A stretch of 63,990 bases of DNA, the filler included. It is 6 parts of 6 records of this genome, joined end to end, with 100 filler letters (N's around TTAATTAATTAA, not from the genome) between each part and the next. Parts side by side here need not be neighbours in the genome. Positions count along the whole stretch, not along the records: positions 1 to 13,863 come from SRR20825010_449; 5 more parts are not named here. One strand, 5' to 3'. A program made the translations under genes and the position numbers. Under the pieces are notes generated by a model. That model had not been told where the DNA came from. It did no database searches and saw only the letters and a program-made list of their open reading frames with translations. Shown here piece after piece: positions 1-10,014 of this stretch (positions are counted from its first letter, which is position 1; the number at the start of each line of letters is the position of its first letter).

Positions 1-318
<318 letters not shown>

Positions 319-337
319 TTACATGGACGTGGAGGCG

Positions 338-889
338 TCAGTTCTTGGTGGAACCGATGCGCAGTTGCCGCGCACGCGTCAGGATCGCGTCTTCAAGGTC
401 CCGGTGCAGCTTTTCTTCCGTATCCAGATCCTGCCATTGACCGGATGCGGTGAGCTTCTGCTTGAAGACCTTTGCCCTTATACCATCGGACCGTAATGCG
501 CGATCGAGGATGAAAACATTGATCTTGAAGCGCTCGCTCGGCGTTTCCGGCGGCGAATACCAGTCGGAGATTATGACACCCCCGAACGGATCCGCCGATG
601 CCAGAGGCATGAAGGAGATCGTGTCGAGGGATGCGCGCCAGAGGTAGCTGTTGACCGCAATGCCGGACCCGACAGAGGCCTGCTGGTTGTCTACATCGTT
701 TCCGAGCAGCGTGAAGCCGTCCTCACCGAAGATCTTCTCTTCTTTCTCGTAGGTCGGTTTTCCTCCGACACCGGTGCGCGGATATTCATATTCGATATCA
801 GCACCTGAACATGCCGTAAGGGATGCCATCCCAAGCAGCGCCAGCAGGCGCATGCCTTTGCTCATTCCCAGAAGATCCGGAATTTTCAT
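338..889 (-). CDS. DUF3576-family lipoprotein
   Basis: Lipobox-like LTAC; VNSYLWRASLDTISFMPLASADPFGGVIISDWY and LEDAILTRARQLR motifs; next to leuS. Start uncertain (889, 865 or 853). Confidence 0.85.
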   Translation of the reverse strand: MKIPDLLGMSKGMRLLALLGMASLTACSGADIEYEYPRTGVGGKPTYEKEEKIFGEDGFTLLGNDVDNQQASVGSGIAVNSYLWRASLDTISFMPLASADPFGGVIISDWYSPPETPSERFKINVFILDRALRSDGIRAKVFKQKLTASGQWQDLDTEEKLHRDLEDAILTRARQLRIGSTKN

Positions 890-1027
890 ATCACCCAAGA
901 CTCGCACTCGCGTTTCGATACGGACGAGACGCCTTTTACCGTTTCTCTTGCCCGCGAACAACTTGACATATGATCACACCGGTTCTGTGTGCAAGAAATC
1001 GGATAAATACAGGCACAGTCATAGATT

Positions 1028-1055
1028 TGTGGCATTTTCGCCACATTGAGACACA
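1028..1055. promoter_or_regulatory. Inverted repeat TGTGGC-N6-GCCACA plus extra GACACA half-site, candidate operator between the divergent DUF3576 and porin genes
   Basis: tgtggc attttc gccaca ttga gacaca read directly; regulator unknown. Confidence 0.35.
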
Positions 1056-1202
1056 TTTGCATAAACCCCCGGCCTGTCTTTCTTGACGGTCAAATGGCGA
1101 GAGAATAGTGATGCTGTGACGTGAGGTTAGGGGGTTACGCAGATTTTCTGCAGCCTACTTGCCGCGTTACTTAACCGATGACTCTCGGGAGTAGGGGAAA
1201 AG

Positions 1203-2315
1203 ATGAAAAAGATTCTTCTCGGAACGACTGCGATTGTTGCCGCTGGCATGATCGCTGCACCGTCTGCGGATGCTGCTGAAAAGCTGAAAGTGTCCGTCGG
1301 TGGTTACATGGAACAGTGGTTCGGCTACACGTCCACGGACGATGATGCCGGCACCGATTACAGCGGTTTCGACGTCAAGTCCGATGCTGAAATCCACTTC
1401 AAGGGCATGACCACGCTCGATAACGGCATCTCTGTCGGCATCAACGTGCAGCTCGAAGCTAACAGCAACAGCAGCGACCAGATCGACGAATCCTACATGA
1501 TCGTCAAAGGCAACTTTGGTGAAGTGAACCTGGGTTCTGAAAACTCCGCTCTGTACAAGATGAACTACGGTCCGTCTGACTACGGTATTGGCATCAACTC
1601 TGGTGACCAGTCTTCTTGGGCCACCAAGTCCGCCAACGTTTCCGGCAGCTTCTTCCGCAGCCCGTTCGGTTCGACCAACATTGAGCCGGCACGGACCAAC
1701 GACTCCGAAAAGCTGACCTACTACACGCCGCGTATCGAAGGCTTCCAGCTCGGTGTTTCCTACATTCCGGACGCTTCGCAGGACAGCAACGGTCAGCCGG
1801 ATCGGGATTCTTCCCTGACCGACGGCTATGCAGTTGCAGCCAACTTCAAGCGTGACTTCGACGGCTTCAACGTCGGCGTTTCCGGTGGCTTCGGTGGCTT
1901 CACCGGCGGTACCGCTGCTGGCCAGGACGATCCGAAAGCTTGGTCCGCTGGCCTGACCCTCGGCTTCGGCGGTTTCTCTGTTGGTGCAGCATATGCTGAC
2001 GCCGACGGCACCACCGATGCTGCTGATAGCGACGGTTACAATGTTGGTGTTGCTTACGCGACCGGCCCGTGGGGCGTCAGCCTCGGTTGGTTCCATGGCG
2101 AAGTCGACGGTTCCACCACTGCTGGTGTCACCACCGGCAATGGCGAGCACGACACGTATGCCCTGTCCGGCAAGTATGCGCTGGGCCCGGGTGTGACCGC
2201 TGCTGCGACCCTCGCTCACACCGAATACGACACCGACAACACGGACGCTACCGGCGCTGCTCTCGATGGCAACGAAGCGACCTACTTCGTGGTCGGCATG
2301 AAGCTGTCCTTCTAA
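1203..2315 (+). CDS. Alphaproteobacterial outer-membrane porin
   Basis: Signal peptide MKKILLGTTAIVAAG; DAEIHFKG..TLDNG, IDESY, KLTYYTPR motifs; C-terminal Phe (GMKLSF); strongly biased codons; purine-rich RBS. Confidence 0.93.
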   Translation: MKKILLGTTAIVAAGMIAAPSADAAEKLKVSVGGYMEQWFGYTSTDDDAGTDYSGFDVKSDAEIHFKGMTTLDNGISVGINVQLEANSNSSDQIDESYMIVKGNFGEVNLGSENSALYKMNYGPSDYGIGINSGDQSSWATKSANVSGSFFRSPFGSTNIEPARTNDSEKLTYYTPRIEGFQLGVSYIPDASQDSNGQPDRDSSLTDGYAVAANFKRDFDGFNVGVSGGFGGFTGGTAAGQDDPKAWSAGLTLGFGGFSVGAAYADADGTTDAADSDGYNVGVAYATGPWGVSLGWFHGEVDGSTTAGVTTGNGEHDTYALSGKYALGPGVTAAATLAHTEYDTDNTDATGAALDGNEATYFVVGMKLSF

Positions 2316-2341
2316 TACAGCTTCTACGTCAAGACTTCGGG

Positions 2342-2373
2342 AAGGGGCCGCGTTTCGCGGCCCCTTTTCTTTT
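2342..2373 (+). terminator. Rho-independent terminator of the porin gene
   Basis: aaggggccgcg-ttt-cgcggcccctt followed by ttctttt. Confidence 0.9.
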
Positions 2374-2474
2374 GACCTATATCTCCTGCGCCTATTGAAG
2401 CGCGGCTTGCCCTATGGAACTGTCGTCGCGCCTGTTATACAGATCGCGCGCTATGGATATCCGGGAGCAAATCG

Positions 2475-3662
2475 GTGCAGTTCAGTAATTTCTTCAAGAA
2501 AATCACACGGGACCAGTTTCTGAAGGAATACTGGGACAAGGCCTATTATTTCGAGCAGGGCGCATTCGATCCGATCGGCGACCTGTTCGACTGGGATCAG
2601 ATGAATGATCTGATCAACCGCTCCAAGCTCTGGCATGCGCACTATATGGAGATGGCGGTCGATGGAAACGTCCTGCCCTCCGAGCAATATTGCCGCCCGG
2701 GTATCGACCGCAAGGGCATGAGCGTCCTGGTGCCTGATTCAGAGCGGGTACGCTTTCTGATGTCAAAAGGCGCAAGCCTTGTTCTCGATTACATTGAGGG
2801 TATTCACCCCTCGGTTCAGGAAGCGACACGTTTTATTGAGCGGCTGACCGGAACCCACGCTTCCTGTAACGCCTATTGTTCCTGGAAAAGCGTCCAGGCC
2901 TATCACTCCCATTTCGACACGATGTGTGTCTTCGCGGTGCAGATCGAGGGCGAGAAAACCTGGAATATCTATCGCGGCCGGGTCAACGAGGCGATCGACG
3001 TGCCGCGTGTACGGTCGGCTGACTTCACGCGCGAGCAGCACGATCAGCAGAAGGGCGAGGTCATGCAGCAGATCGTGATGCGCCCGGGCGATGTTCTGTA
3101 TCTTCCGCGCGGGCTCTATCACGACGCCATGACGACGGATACGGCGTCCCTGCACCTGTCTTTCGGTGCAACTTATGTGGATGGGCACTCCACCCTGTCG
3201 ATGCTCGCTCCTGCCTTGCACCAGGATGAGTTTTTCCGGAGGCGAATCCCACATTTTGACGATGGTGACGATCTGGAAAACTACATCACCGAACTGGGCA
3301 AGCGGGTTGCCGAACATATGGCGCGGCCGGAGTTCCACCAGCATGTGCGCGGTCATCTGATGAGCAAGGTCGCGGACAAGGTTGTGCGCCACACCCTGCC
3401 GGACCGGACTCCCGACATCAATTTCATGGTAACCCGCCGTCCTGTGAAACTCGCGCGGCGGGGCCAGGCCGCGACCTTGAGCGGCGAGGGGTTCTCGATC
3501 GATATTGCCAAGGAAGATTATGCCCTCGCCGAACGGATCGTAAAGTCCGAGGAGATCTGGTTGTCCGACCTGCGGGCAGAGTTCCCTGACCGGGTGCCGC
3601 ATTTTGAGCCTTTGCTGAAAGCGCTGGATCAGCATCATGTGATCTGGCGGCTTCGCGGGTGA
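2475..3662 (+). CDS. JmjC/Cupin_4 Fe(II)/2-oxoglutarate oxygenase (ROXA/NO66-like fold)
   Basis: HxD...H triad: YHSHFDTMCVFAVQIEGEKTW ... RPGDVLYLPRGLYH; FLKEYWDK N-terminus; GTG start. Confidence 0.85.
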   Translation: MQFSNFFKKITRDQFLKEYWDKAYYFEQGAFDPIGDLFDWDQMNDLINRSKLWHAHYMEMAVDGNVLPSEQYCRPGIDRKGMSVLVPDSERVRFLMSKGASLVLDYIEGIHPSVQEATRFIERLTGTHASCNAYCSWKSVQAYHSHFDTMCVFAVQIEGEKTWNIYRGRVNEAIDVPRVRSADFTREQHDQQKGEVMQQIVMRPGDVLYLPRGLYHDAMTTDTASLHLSFGATYVDGHSTLSMLAPALHQDEFFRRRIPHFDDGDDLENYITELGKRVAEHMARPEFHQHVRGHLMSKVADKVVRHTLPDRTPDINFMVTRRPVKLARRGQAATLSGEGFSIDIAKEDYALAERIVKSEEIWLSDLRAEFPDRVPHFEPLLKALDQHHVIWRLRG

Positions 3663-3681
3663 ACCGGGCTGACCTGATCCG

Positions 3682-4527
3682 ATGAGCGGAATTCTTTGGC
3701 TGGCATCCTTCCCTAAGTCTGGCAACACCTGGCTTCGTGTCTTCATCGAGAACCTGTTCCGCAATAGCGCGGAGCCGGTCTCGATCAACGAGTTGGGCGT
3801 GGTCCGGTTTGGCGACATGATGGGACCGCTCTATGAGCAGTTGAGCGGAAAACCATTGCAGGCAATGAGTGACGCGGAGCTGCATGCGCTGCGAGAGCCA
3901 TTGCAAAGATCCTGGGCACAACAGCCTCAGACGACGATCGTGAAGACGCATAATGCGATCGGTATACATGAGGGACGGCCGCTCATTCATCTCGAACTCA
4001 CTGCCGGGGCGGCGTATGTTGTGCGGAATGTTTTTGATGTGACCGTCTCTTATGCCGATCACTACAGGCTCACCCTGGACGATGCGGTGGAGGCGATGAC
4101 CTCGGGCCTGCAGACCACCCGGACCAGCCCGGCGGCGGTTTTCCAGATCCTTGGTACCTGGACCGACCATTACAGGAGCTGGCACGGTGTGGATAATTTC
4201 ACGCCCCTGACCCTGAAATACGAGGATATGGTCAAGAGTCCGATGAAGTCGTTTGGGGCTTTCATGCGTTACCTCGGTGTTCCCAAAAACCCGGCGCGGC
4301 TGAAGCGGGCGATCAAGAACAGCAGCTTTTCCGTGGTCTCGGGCCAGGAAAATCAAAGCGGTTTTCGTGAGCGGGTGCACCAGTCGCAAAAATTCTTCCG
4401 CTCCGGCGGGGTCGGCGGGTACCGGGCTCTTTTAAGCGATGATCATGTGAAACGCCTGACAGAGCGGCATTATGATCTGCTTCTGGAGCTGGGCTATGTC
4501 TCCAAATCCGGGACGCCCCGTGTCTGA
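3682..4527 (+). CDS. PAPS-dependent sulfotransferase (Sulfotransfer_1-like)
   Basis: 5'-PSB loop WLASFPKSGNTW; KTH; VRNVFDVTVS 3'-PB; YEDM; FFRSGGVG. Confidence 0.9.
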   Translation: MSGILWLASFPKSGNTWLRVFIENLFRNSAEPVSINELGVVRFGDMMGPLYEQLSGKPLQAMSDAELHALREPLQRSWAQQPQTTIVKTHNAIGIHEGRPLIHLELTAGAAYVVRNVFDVTVSYADHYRLTLDDAVEAMTSGLQTTRTSPAAVFQILGTWTDHYRSWHGVDNFTPLTLKYEDMVKSPMKSFGAFMRYLGVPKNPARLKRAIKNSSFSVVSGQENQSGFRERVHQSQKFFRSGGVGGYRALLSDDHVKRLTERHYDLLLELGYVSKSGTPRV

Positions 4528-4535
4528 GCCAATGG

Positions 4536-6482
4536 GTGCCGACAAGCATGTCCATTCAGCCATCTGACTTCGATCCGGTCCGCAAGCTCGCGCATGCAGG
4601 CCGCTGGCGCGAGGCGCGGGAGCGCTATGCCCGGATCCTCCGCAAGGCCGGCAGCGATTGGCGGCCATACTATATGGCCGGGATGATCGAGGCTTCCGGC
4701 GGTGATTTCGACCGGGCGGCCAAGGCGCTGGAAAAAGCCCGGGCACAGGCACCGGCGGAGCCTCAGATAATCATCAATCTGGCGCAGGTTCAGCTGCATC
4801 GCGGATTGCCGGCGGAAGCGCTAAAGCTGCTCGACCCGCTTGCGGGCCGTTTCGCGGAGAATGCCGCCGTCCAGAAACTATACGGTACCGCCCTGTTGGA
4901 AGTGGGCCGGCATGATGAGGCGGCCCCGGCTCTGGAAAGAGCACTGCGTCAGGGTGATGATCCCGCCGTCTTGAACAATCTTGCCCTGATCTATCGCGGC
5001 CAGGGTGATTTGCACCGGGCCACAACCGTTCTGGAGCGGGCGGCGCGGGGTGGTGATGACGGCATTGAGGTGCAAAGTAATCTGGCCGGCGTCTATGTGG
5101 CAACCGGGCGCCATGAGGATGCCCGGATACTGTATGACAAACTTTCCAGCAGTGGCGCTTCAGATCCCCGGGCCTTACGCGCGCTTGCTGTCTTTTCGCG
5201 CGACACCGGACATGCGGACCGGGCGGTCCGGCTGGCCACGCGCGCCCTGATCCTCGACCCGTCTCAGGTTGCATCCTACACGATGCTGGCTGAGCTTTTA
5301 GACCGGACCTCGGCGTTGGAGGCCGCCTTGTCGGTTGCGCGCCGGGGAGTGTGCCTGGAGCCGGGAAAACAGCATCTCGTGGCGTTGGAAGGACGGGCGC
5401 TGAGGCGCCTCAAACGGTTTGATGAAGCGGTTTCCTTCCTGCAGGGGGCATTGGAAGGGGCGGTATCAGGGCCGGACACCTACCGTCTTGGCTTCGAGCT
5501 CGCGCAGTCCCTCGATTCACTAGGGCGCTACGATGATGCTTTTCGCTGGTTCGAGAGTGCAAACCGGACCCAGATCAAAGAATTTCGTGGCGGGTTTGTC
5601 GATCCCGGGCGGGCTTTCGCCGAGGTAGGGGCGCTCACGGCCGCATTCAGGAACGCTCCGTCCTGGGCTGGCATTGTCCCGCAGAACCGGGCGGGCCAGG
5701 CAGATCCGGTGTTTCTTGTCGGTTTTCCGCGCTCAGGCACAACACTGCTTGATCAGGTTCTTGATGCGCATCCCGGAGTGCAGGTGCTGGAAGAGCATCC
5801 GTTGATCACCGGTCTTTCTGCCCGGCTGGTGAGCAAGGCAGGATATCCGGGCGCGCTGGAAAATCTTTCCGAAGAGATGTGCGCCGAAATGCGGGCTGCG
5901 TATTTCGCCGAACGGGACCGGTTTCTGGTGCCCTCGGAAGGCGCGGTCTATATCGACAAGATGCCGCTTAATATCGTGCATGCGGGTCTGATCATGAGGA
6001 TCTTTCCGAAGGCACGGTTTATCCTCGCACTGCGGCACCCGTGCGATGTCTGTCTCAGTTGCCTGATGCAGAACTTCACCCTGAACCATTCCATGGCGGT
6101 CTTCTGCTCCTTGCCGGATACAGCCCGTTTTTATCGTGAGGTGTTCGGCCTCTGGCAGCTTTATGCGGAGCATCTGAAACCTGGCATCGTGACGGTGAAA
6201 TATGAGGATATGACCCGGGATCTCCGGGCTGCGGCGGAGCCCGTACTGCACTTTCTCGGGTTGGACTGGGATGATCGGGTGATGGAGTTTCACGAACATG
6301 CACGCCAGCGCGGGCACATCTCGACGCCGAGTTATGCGCAGGTAACACAGCCGCTCTACGGGCATGCGGTGGCGCGGTGGAAGCGCTATGGCGCCGCCAT
6401 GGAAGCGGTTGCCGGGGAACTTCGACCGGAAATCGAAGCGTTCGGATATGGGGACGAAAGCAATGGAGCAGCAGGTGGCTGA
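4536..6482 (+). CDS. TPR-repeat sulfotransferase (TPST/Sulfotransfer_3-like)
   Basis: N-terminal TPR-like helices; FLVGFPRSGTTLL, IDKMPLN, RHPCDVCLS, YEDM, TPSYAQVTQPLY. Start may be 4548. Confidence 0.9.
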   Translation: MPTSMSIQPSDFDPVRKLAHAGRWREARERYARILRKAGSDWRPYYMAGMIEASGGDFDRAAKALEKARAQAPAEPQIIINLAQVQLHRGLPAEALKLLDPLAGRFAENAAVQKLYGTALLEVGRHDEAAPALERALRQGDDPAVLNNLALIYRGQGDLHRATTVLERAARGGDDGIEVQSNLAGVYVATGRHEDARILYDKLSSSGASDPRALRALAVFSRDTGHADRAVRLATRALILDPSQVASYTMLAELLDRTSALEAALSVARRGVCLEPGKQHLVALEGRALRRLKRFDEAVSFLQGALEGAVSGPDTYRLGFELAQSLDSLGRYDDAFRWFESANRTQIKEFRGGFVDPGRAFAEVGALTAAFRNAPSWAGIVPQNRAGQADPVFLVGFPRSGTTLLDQVLDAHPGVQVLEEHPLITGLSARLVSKAGYPGALENLSEEMCAEMRAAYFAERDRFLVPSEGAVYIDKMPLNIVHAGLIMRIFPKARFILALRHPCDVCLSCLMQNFTLNHSMAVFCSLPDTARFYREVFGLWQLYAEHLKPGIVTVKYEDMTRDLRAAAEPVLHFLGLDWDDRVMEFHEHARQRGHISTPSYAQVTQPLYGHAVARWKRYGAAMEAVAGELRPEIEAFGYGDESNGAAGG

Positions 6483-7170
6483 GGCAGACGCAACGGTTGA
6501 TGTCGGAGCCAATCTCCGGGAAGTGAAAGCCCAGATCGAGGCTGCGGAGCAGGCGGCCGGGCGTGAGCCCGGAGAGGTCACGCTGGTCGCGGTCGGCAAG
6601 GTACAGCCGGTGGAAAAGGTCGAGGCGGCTCTGGCGCAAGGCCAGCGTATCTTTGGCGAGAATCGTGTGCAGGAAGCGCAGGGAAAATGGCCGGAGCTGA
6701 AGGCACGCTATCCCGATGTGACGCTGCATCTGATCGGCCCGCTGCAGACCAACAAGGCGGCGGATGCGATTGCGCTCTTTGATGTGATCGAGACTGTTGA
6801 CCGGCCCAAGCTGGCGCGGGTTCTGGCAGCGGAAATGAAAAAGCAGGGCCGGATGCTGGAGTGTTTCGTGCAGGTCAATACCGGCGAGGAGGACCAGAAA
6901 GCAGGCGTTCTCCCGGCTGACGCGGATGCGTTCATCGAGACGTGCCGGGATGAGCATGGCCTGAACATTGTCGGCCTGATGTGTATTCCCCCGGCGGATG
7001 ACGAGCCGGCGCTGCATTTCGCCCTGCTGCGGGAAATTGCCCGGCGGCAGGGCCTTGAAAAGCTGAGCATGGGCATGAGCGGGGACTATGAGATCGCGAT
7101 CGAATTCGGGGCGACCCATGTGCGTGTCGGCACGGCCATCTTTGGCGACAGGCTGAAACCCGCTGGTTAA
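6463..7170 (+). CDS. yggS: YggS-family PLP homeostasis protein
   Basis: LVAVGK, FGENRVQEA, HLIGPLQTNK, GLMCIPP, LSMGMSGDY, VRVGTAIFG motifs; start 6463 or GTG 6475. Confidence 0.95.
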   Translation: MEQQVAEADATVDVGANLREVKAQIEAAEQAAGREPGEVTLVAVGKVQPVEKVEAALAQGQRIFGENRVQEAQGKWPELKARYPDVTLHLIGPLQTNKAADAIALFDVIETVDRPKLARVLAAEMKKQGRMLECFVQVNTGEEDQKAGVLPADADAFIETCRDEHGLNIVGLMCIPPADDEPALHFALLREIARRQGLEKLSMGMSGDYEIAIEFGATHVRVGTAIFGDRLKPAG

Positions 7171-7715
7171 GACGGCCCGGTTTTGTCCGCAAGTTCCGCC
7201 GGTACAACAACGGTGCCGCTGCCGCCGGTCTGTTCCAGGATCTTCAGCAGATCCGGAAGGGCCAATGCGATGCAGCCTTCGGTTCCGGAATAGTCCGGCC
7301 GGGCGACATGCATGAAAATTGCACTGCCCCGGCCCGGGGTCGGTGGGGTGTCGTTGTATCCCAGCTCCACGACCACATCGTAGACCGCGTCCTCGCGCTT
7401 CAGGCATTCGTGAGAGTGCGGATAAGGCAGTTTGACCAGCTGGTTATACTGTTTCGGGTCGGCCGGGTCGTCGCTCCAGCCATGATCCGCTTCGATCGGG
7501 ATCGCATCCGGGCATCCGAGGATGGGTTTCAGGCGGTCCGCCCGGTAGAAGATCCGGCGAAAGGGGAATTGCCCGACCGGTGTTGCACCATCTCCCTCGC
7601 GCTTGTCTTCACGGATGCCCCCCTTGCCGATGGCACAGGCAAGGGTCTGCCCATCAAGCACGATGCCGTGGGAGCCATCTTGCTTGCGGTGAAGGACGAG
7701 ATCCAATGGGGGCAC
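7167..7715 (-). CDS. L,D-transpeptidase (YkuD-like) family protein
   Basis: KREGDGATP, GSAIFMH...TEGCIAL catalytic His/Cys motif. Confidence 0.88.
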   Translation of the reverse strand: MPPLDLVLHRKQDGSHGIVLDGQTLACAIGKGGIREDKREGDGATPVGQFPFRRIFYRADRLKPILGCPDAIPIEADHGWSDDPADPKQYNQLVKLPYPHSHECLKREDAVYDVVVELGYNDTPPTPGRGSAIFMHVARPDYSGTEGCIALALPDLLKILEQTGGSGTVVVPAELADKTGPS

Positions 7716-7752
7716 TCCTGATCAGACGCCGGAAAATGGCATCTGGCCGAAA

Positions 7753-8679
7753 CTACCCGACACCGCTGCCACTGACCTTCATGGTCCCATATTTATCGAG
7801 CGCCTTCATCATCCAATCCGCCAACCCGGCGCGTTGAGCTGGACTGACCGGCGGCAGTGCAGGCTCGCTCGCCGGTGCCTGGGCGCCCCGGGTTTTCAGG
7901 CCGGGCTGTACCAGGGACGGCAGGGACGGGCCGCGTCGCCGTGTTGCTGTCTTTGCCTGGCTGTCGCGGATAAGGGCATCAAGGCCTCCTCCGGCAACAG
8001 ATTGCATGCCTGGAGCGGACTCCGCAGCGGGTTGTGTGATCACGCCGCTGGTCCAGTCAACGGAACCGCTGCCTGGAGTAGGCGCTGTAAGTGCGCTTGC
8101 CTTGGCATAGGCGGCCATGGCCTCGGGTGTCATGCCGGCATCCGTGGCGGCGGTCTGTACGCCCGGAGCGGCAAAACTGCGCTGGCCGGCCGCAGGTGTG
8201 ATCGCGCCACTGTTGGCCGGAGCGGGCGCCGGGGCTGGTGTCGAGGGCTGCGGGGCTTCTGCAAGCACGCTTGTCTCGGTCGGCACGGCACTGGCTGCCG
8301 GTGCGGCTCCGTCTCCTCTAAGCTCGGCAATCATTGTCGCGCCGATATCGGAGCCGCTCTCTGCTTCGAACATCACGTTTGCGACGCCGGCCACCAGACC
8401 GGCGGGGCCGCCATATAGCGCTCCTCCCGCGGCGCGGGCCGCAGGCGCAATCGTGTCGCCGGTGAATTCCCGGTAGAGAGTGGAAACAAACGGCAGGTGC
8501 TGCAGCGGGTTTATGATGTCGACAAAATCATCGAAACCAAACCCGTCCGCACCCCAGCCACCATCATCGGCAGCAGAGGCGGCCTTGGCCGGCTCGAGCA
8601 TGTCTTCTTTGAGGTCGCGCTCTCCGCTCGAGGAGGATTGTGACCACCAGGCCGGTTGTGCCGCCGTTTGACTAACATT
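7753..8679 (-). CDS. Hypothetical protein with conserved-looking N-domain, Pro/Ala-rich linker and C-terminal motif
   Basis: FGFDDFVDIINPLQHLPFVSTLYREFTGD, glycine-rich GGALYGGPAG, C-terminal MMKALDKY; AAAGGAG RBS before ATG 8679. Confidence 0.75.
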   Translation of the reverse strand, partial: NVSQTAAQPAWWSQSSSSGERDLKEDMLEPAKAASAADDGGWGADGFGFDDFVDIINPLQHLPFVSTLYREFTGDTIAPAARAAGGALYGGPAGLVAGVANVMFEAESGSDIGATMIAELRGDGAAPAASAVPTETSVLAEAPQPSTPAPAPAPANSGAITPAAGQRSFAAPGVQTAATDAGMTPEAMAAYAKASALTAPTPGSGSVDWTSGVITQPAAESAPGMQSVAGGGLDALIRDSQAKTATRRRGPSLPSLVQPGLKTRGAQAPASEPALPPVSPAQRAGLADWMMKALDKYGTMKVSGSGVG

Positions 8680-8709
8680 CATCGCGAGGGCTCCTTTGCC
8701 CCGCATTGA

Positions 8710-8725
8710 TGCAAGCCGCGTACCA
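8710..8725 (-). promoter_or_regulatory. Sigma54 (-24/-12) promoter
   Basis: Reverse strand TGGTACGCGGCTTGCA = GG-N10-GC, one mismatch to TGGCACG-N4-TTGCW, about 30 nt upstream of ATG 8679. Confidence 0.7.
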
Positions 8726-8757
8726 TGAATCGGTGATGCTCTAAAGGCTTGGGATTC

Positions 8758-9915
8758 CTAGAAAAGGTGGCCTGTGCGGATGGCCTTGGTTTTCAGGTAA
8801 CCTTCATTGTGGCTGTTGGATGGGAAAATATGAGCCACCCGCTCAACCACATTGACCCCGGAGCTCCGGAGCTGGGCAATCTTTTCCGGATTATTCGTCA
8901 TCAATCTGACGGATTCGACCCCGAGCTGATGCAGCATTTCGGCGGCGGTCAGATAAACCCGCTCGTCCGCTTCGAAGCCAAGCTGTTCATTGGCGTCGAC
9001 CGTATCGCTGCCGAGATCCTGCAGCTGATAGGCGCGGAGCTTGTTGATCAGGCCGATATCCCGGCCTTCCTGGGCCAGATACAGCAGAATTCCCGAGCCT
9101 TGCTTGCCAATCTCCCGGAGAGCGCCCCGCAGCTGGTCGCCGCAATCGCAGCGCAGGCTGCCGAGCAGGTCGCCGGTCAGACATTCGGAATGCAGGCGCA
9201 CCAGGACCGGCTGGCTGACATCCGGCTCTCCGACCACAATCGCCAGATGCTCTTCCCCACCATCCGCCGGGCGGAAGGCGACAACGCGGGAGTCTTCCGC
9301 ATCCGCAAGCGGCACGCGGGCGGAGGCGACCCGGGTCAGGCGCCGCGCGCTTTCCTCGACGTAATCCTCAATGTTCGAAACGCTGACCGACAGGAGGCCC
9401 TGGCCATGGGCCCAGGATTCGGCGTCCGCCACATTCACGTCTGTCAGCCGGGCGACAACGACGGAGGGCAAAAGGCGCGCCCATTTCGAAAGCTGAACCG
9501 CTGCGGGTCCAAGCCGGCCCGCACGCACGGGAACCACGGTCAGGCCCCGGCCGAGCGAGCCAAACTTTTCCGGCTCGAACAGAGGGTCCGCGATCTGCCG
9601 GATCAGGGCGGCGTCAGCGCCTCTGGGCAGAGCCATGCTGGAATAGGGCGGCAATTCCCGGTTTCCGGTGATATCGCGCGCCCGGTTCTTCGGGACGATC
9701 ACCGAGGGCAGGCTGCCCGCGAGCCGGACCATGGTGCCGAGGCCGCTTTCATTGGCCATTTCGGCGGCGAGCACCAGCAGCACGCTTTCCTCGGCGGAGC
9801 CGTGCAGCAGGATCAGCCCACCACGGCGCAGCTCGGAGATCGCGCGGTCAACATGGGTCTGGGTTGGTGAGCCTGTGGGCACGCCCGTACCCTGAATGGG
9901 GAGTGTATCTGTCAT
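8758..9915 (-). CDS. ribA: GTP cyclohydrolase II with degenerate N-terminal DHBP-synthase-like domain
   Basis: VLVRLHSECLTGDLLGSLRCDCGDQL, QEGRDIGLINKLRAY, LMTNNPEK, YLKTKAIRTGH; start 9915 or 9927. Confidence 0.93.
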   Translation of the reverse strand: MTDTLPIQGTGVPTGSPTQTHVDRAISELRRGGLILLHGSAEESVLLVLAAEMANESGLGTMVRLAGSLPSVIVPKNRARDITGNRELPPYSSMALPRGADAALIRQIADPLFEPEKFGSLGRGLTVVPVRAGRLGPAAVQLSKWARLLPSVVVARLTDVNVADAESWAHGQGLLSVSVSNIEDYVEESARRLTRVASARVPLADAEDSRVVAFRPADGGEEHLAIVVGEPDVSQPVLVRLHSECLTGDLLGSLRCDCGDQLRGALREIGKQGSGILLYLAQEGRDIGLINKLRAYQLQDLGSDTVDANEQLGFEADERVYLTAAEMLHQLGVESVRLMTNNPEKIAQLRSSGVNVVERVAHIFPSNSHNEGYLKTKAIRTGHLF

Positions 9916-10014
9916 GGACCGCATCATCTTCCGACCGCGCTGGAGGTCAAGCACCTTGAACCGGCTTTGTGCCTCCCGCACTGTGAGGCTGGATGTGCAC
10001 AAATGGACCGGGAC

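Noticed and set aside
2316-2474. RiPP precursor peptide for the JmjC/sulfotransferase cassette
   Set aside because: The gap holds the porin terminator and about 100 nt with no convincing RBS-led ORF; the porin's acidic Tyr motifs as substrate is unsupported speculation
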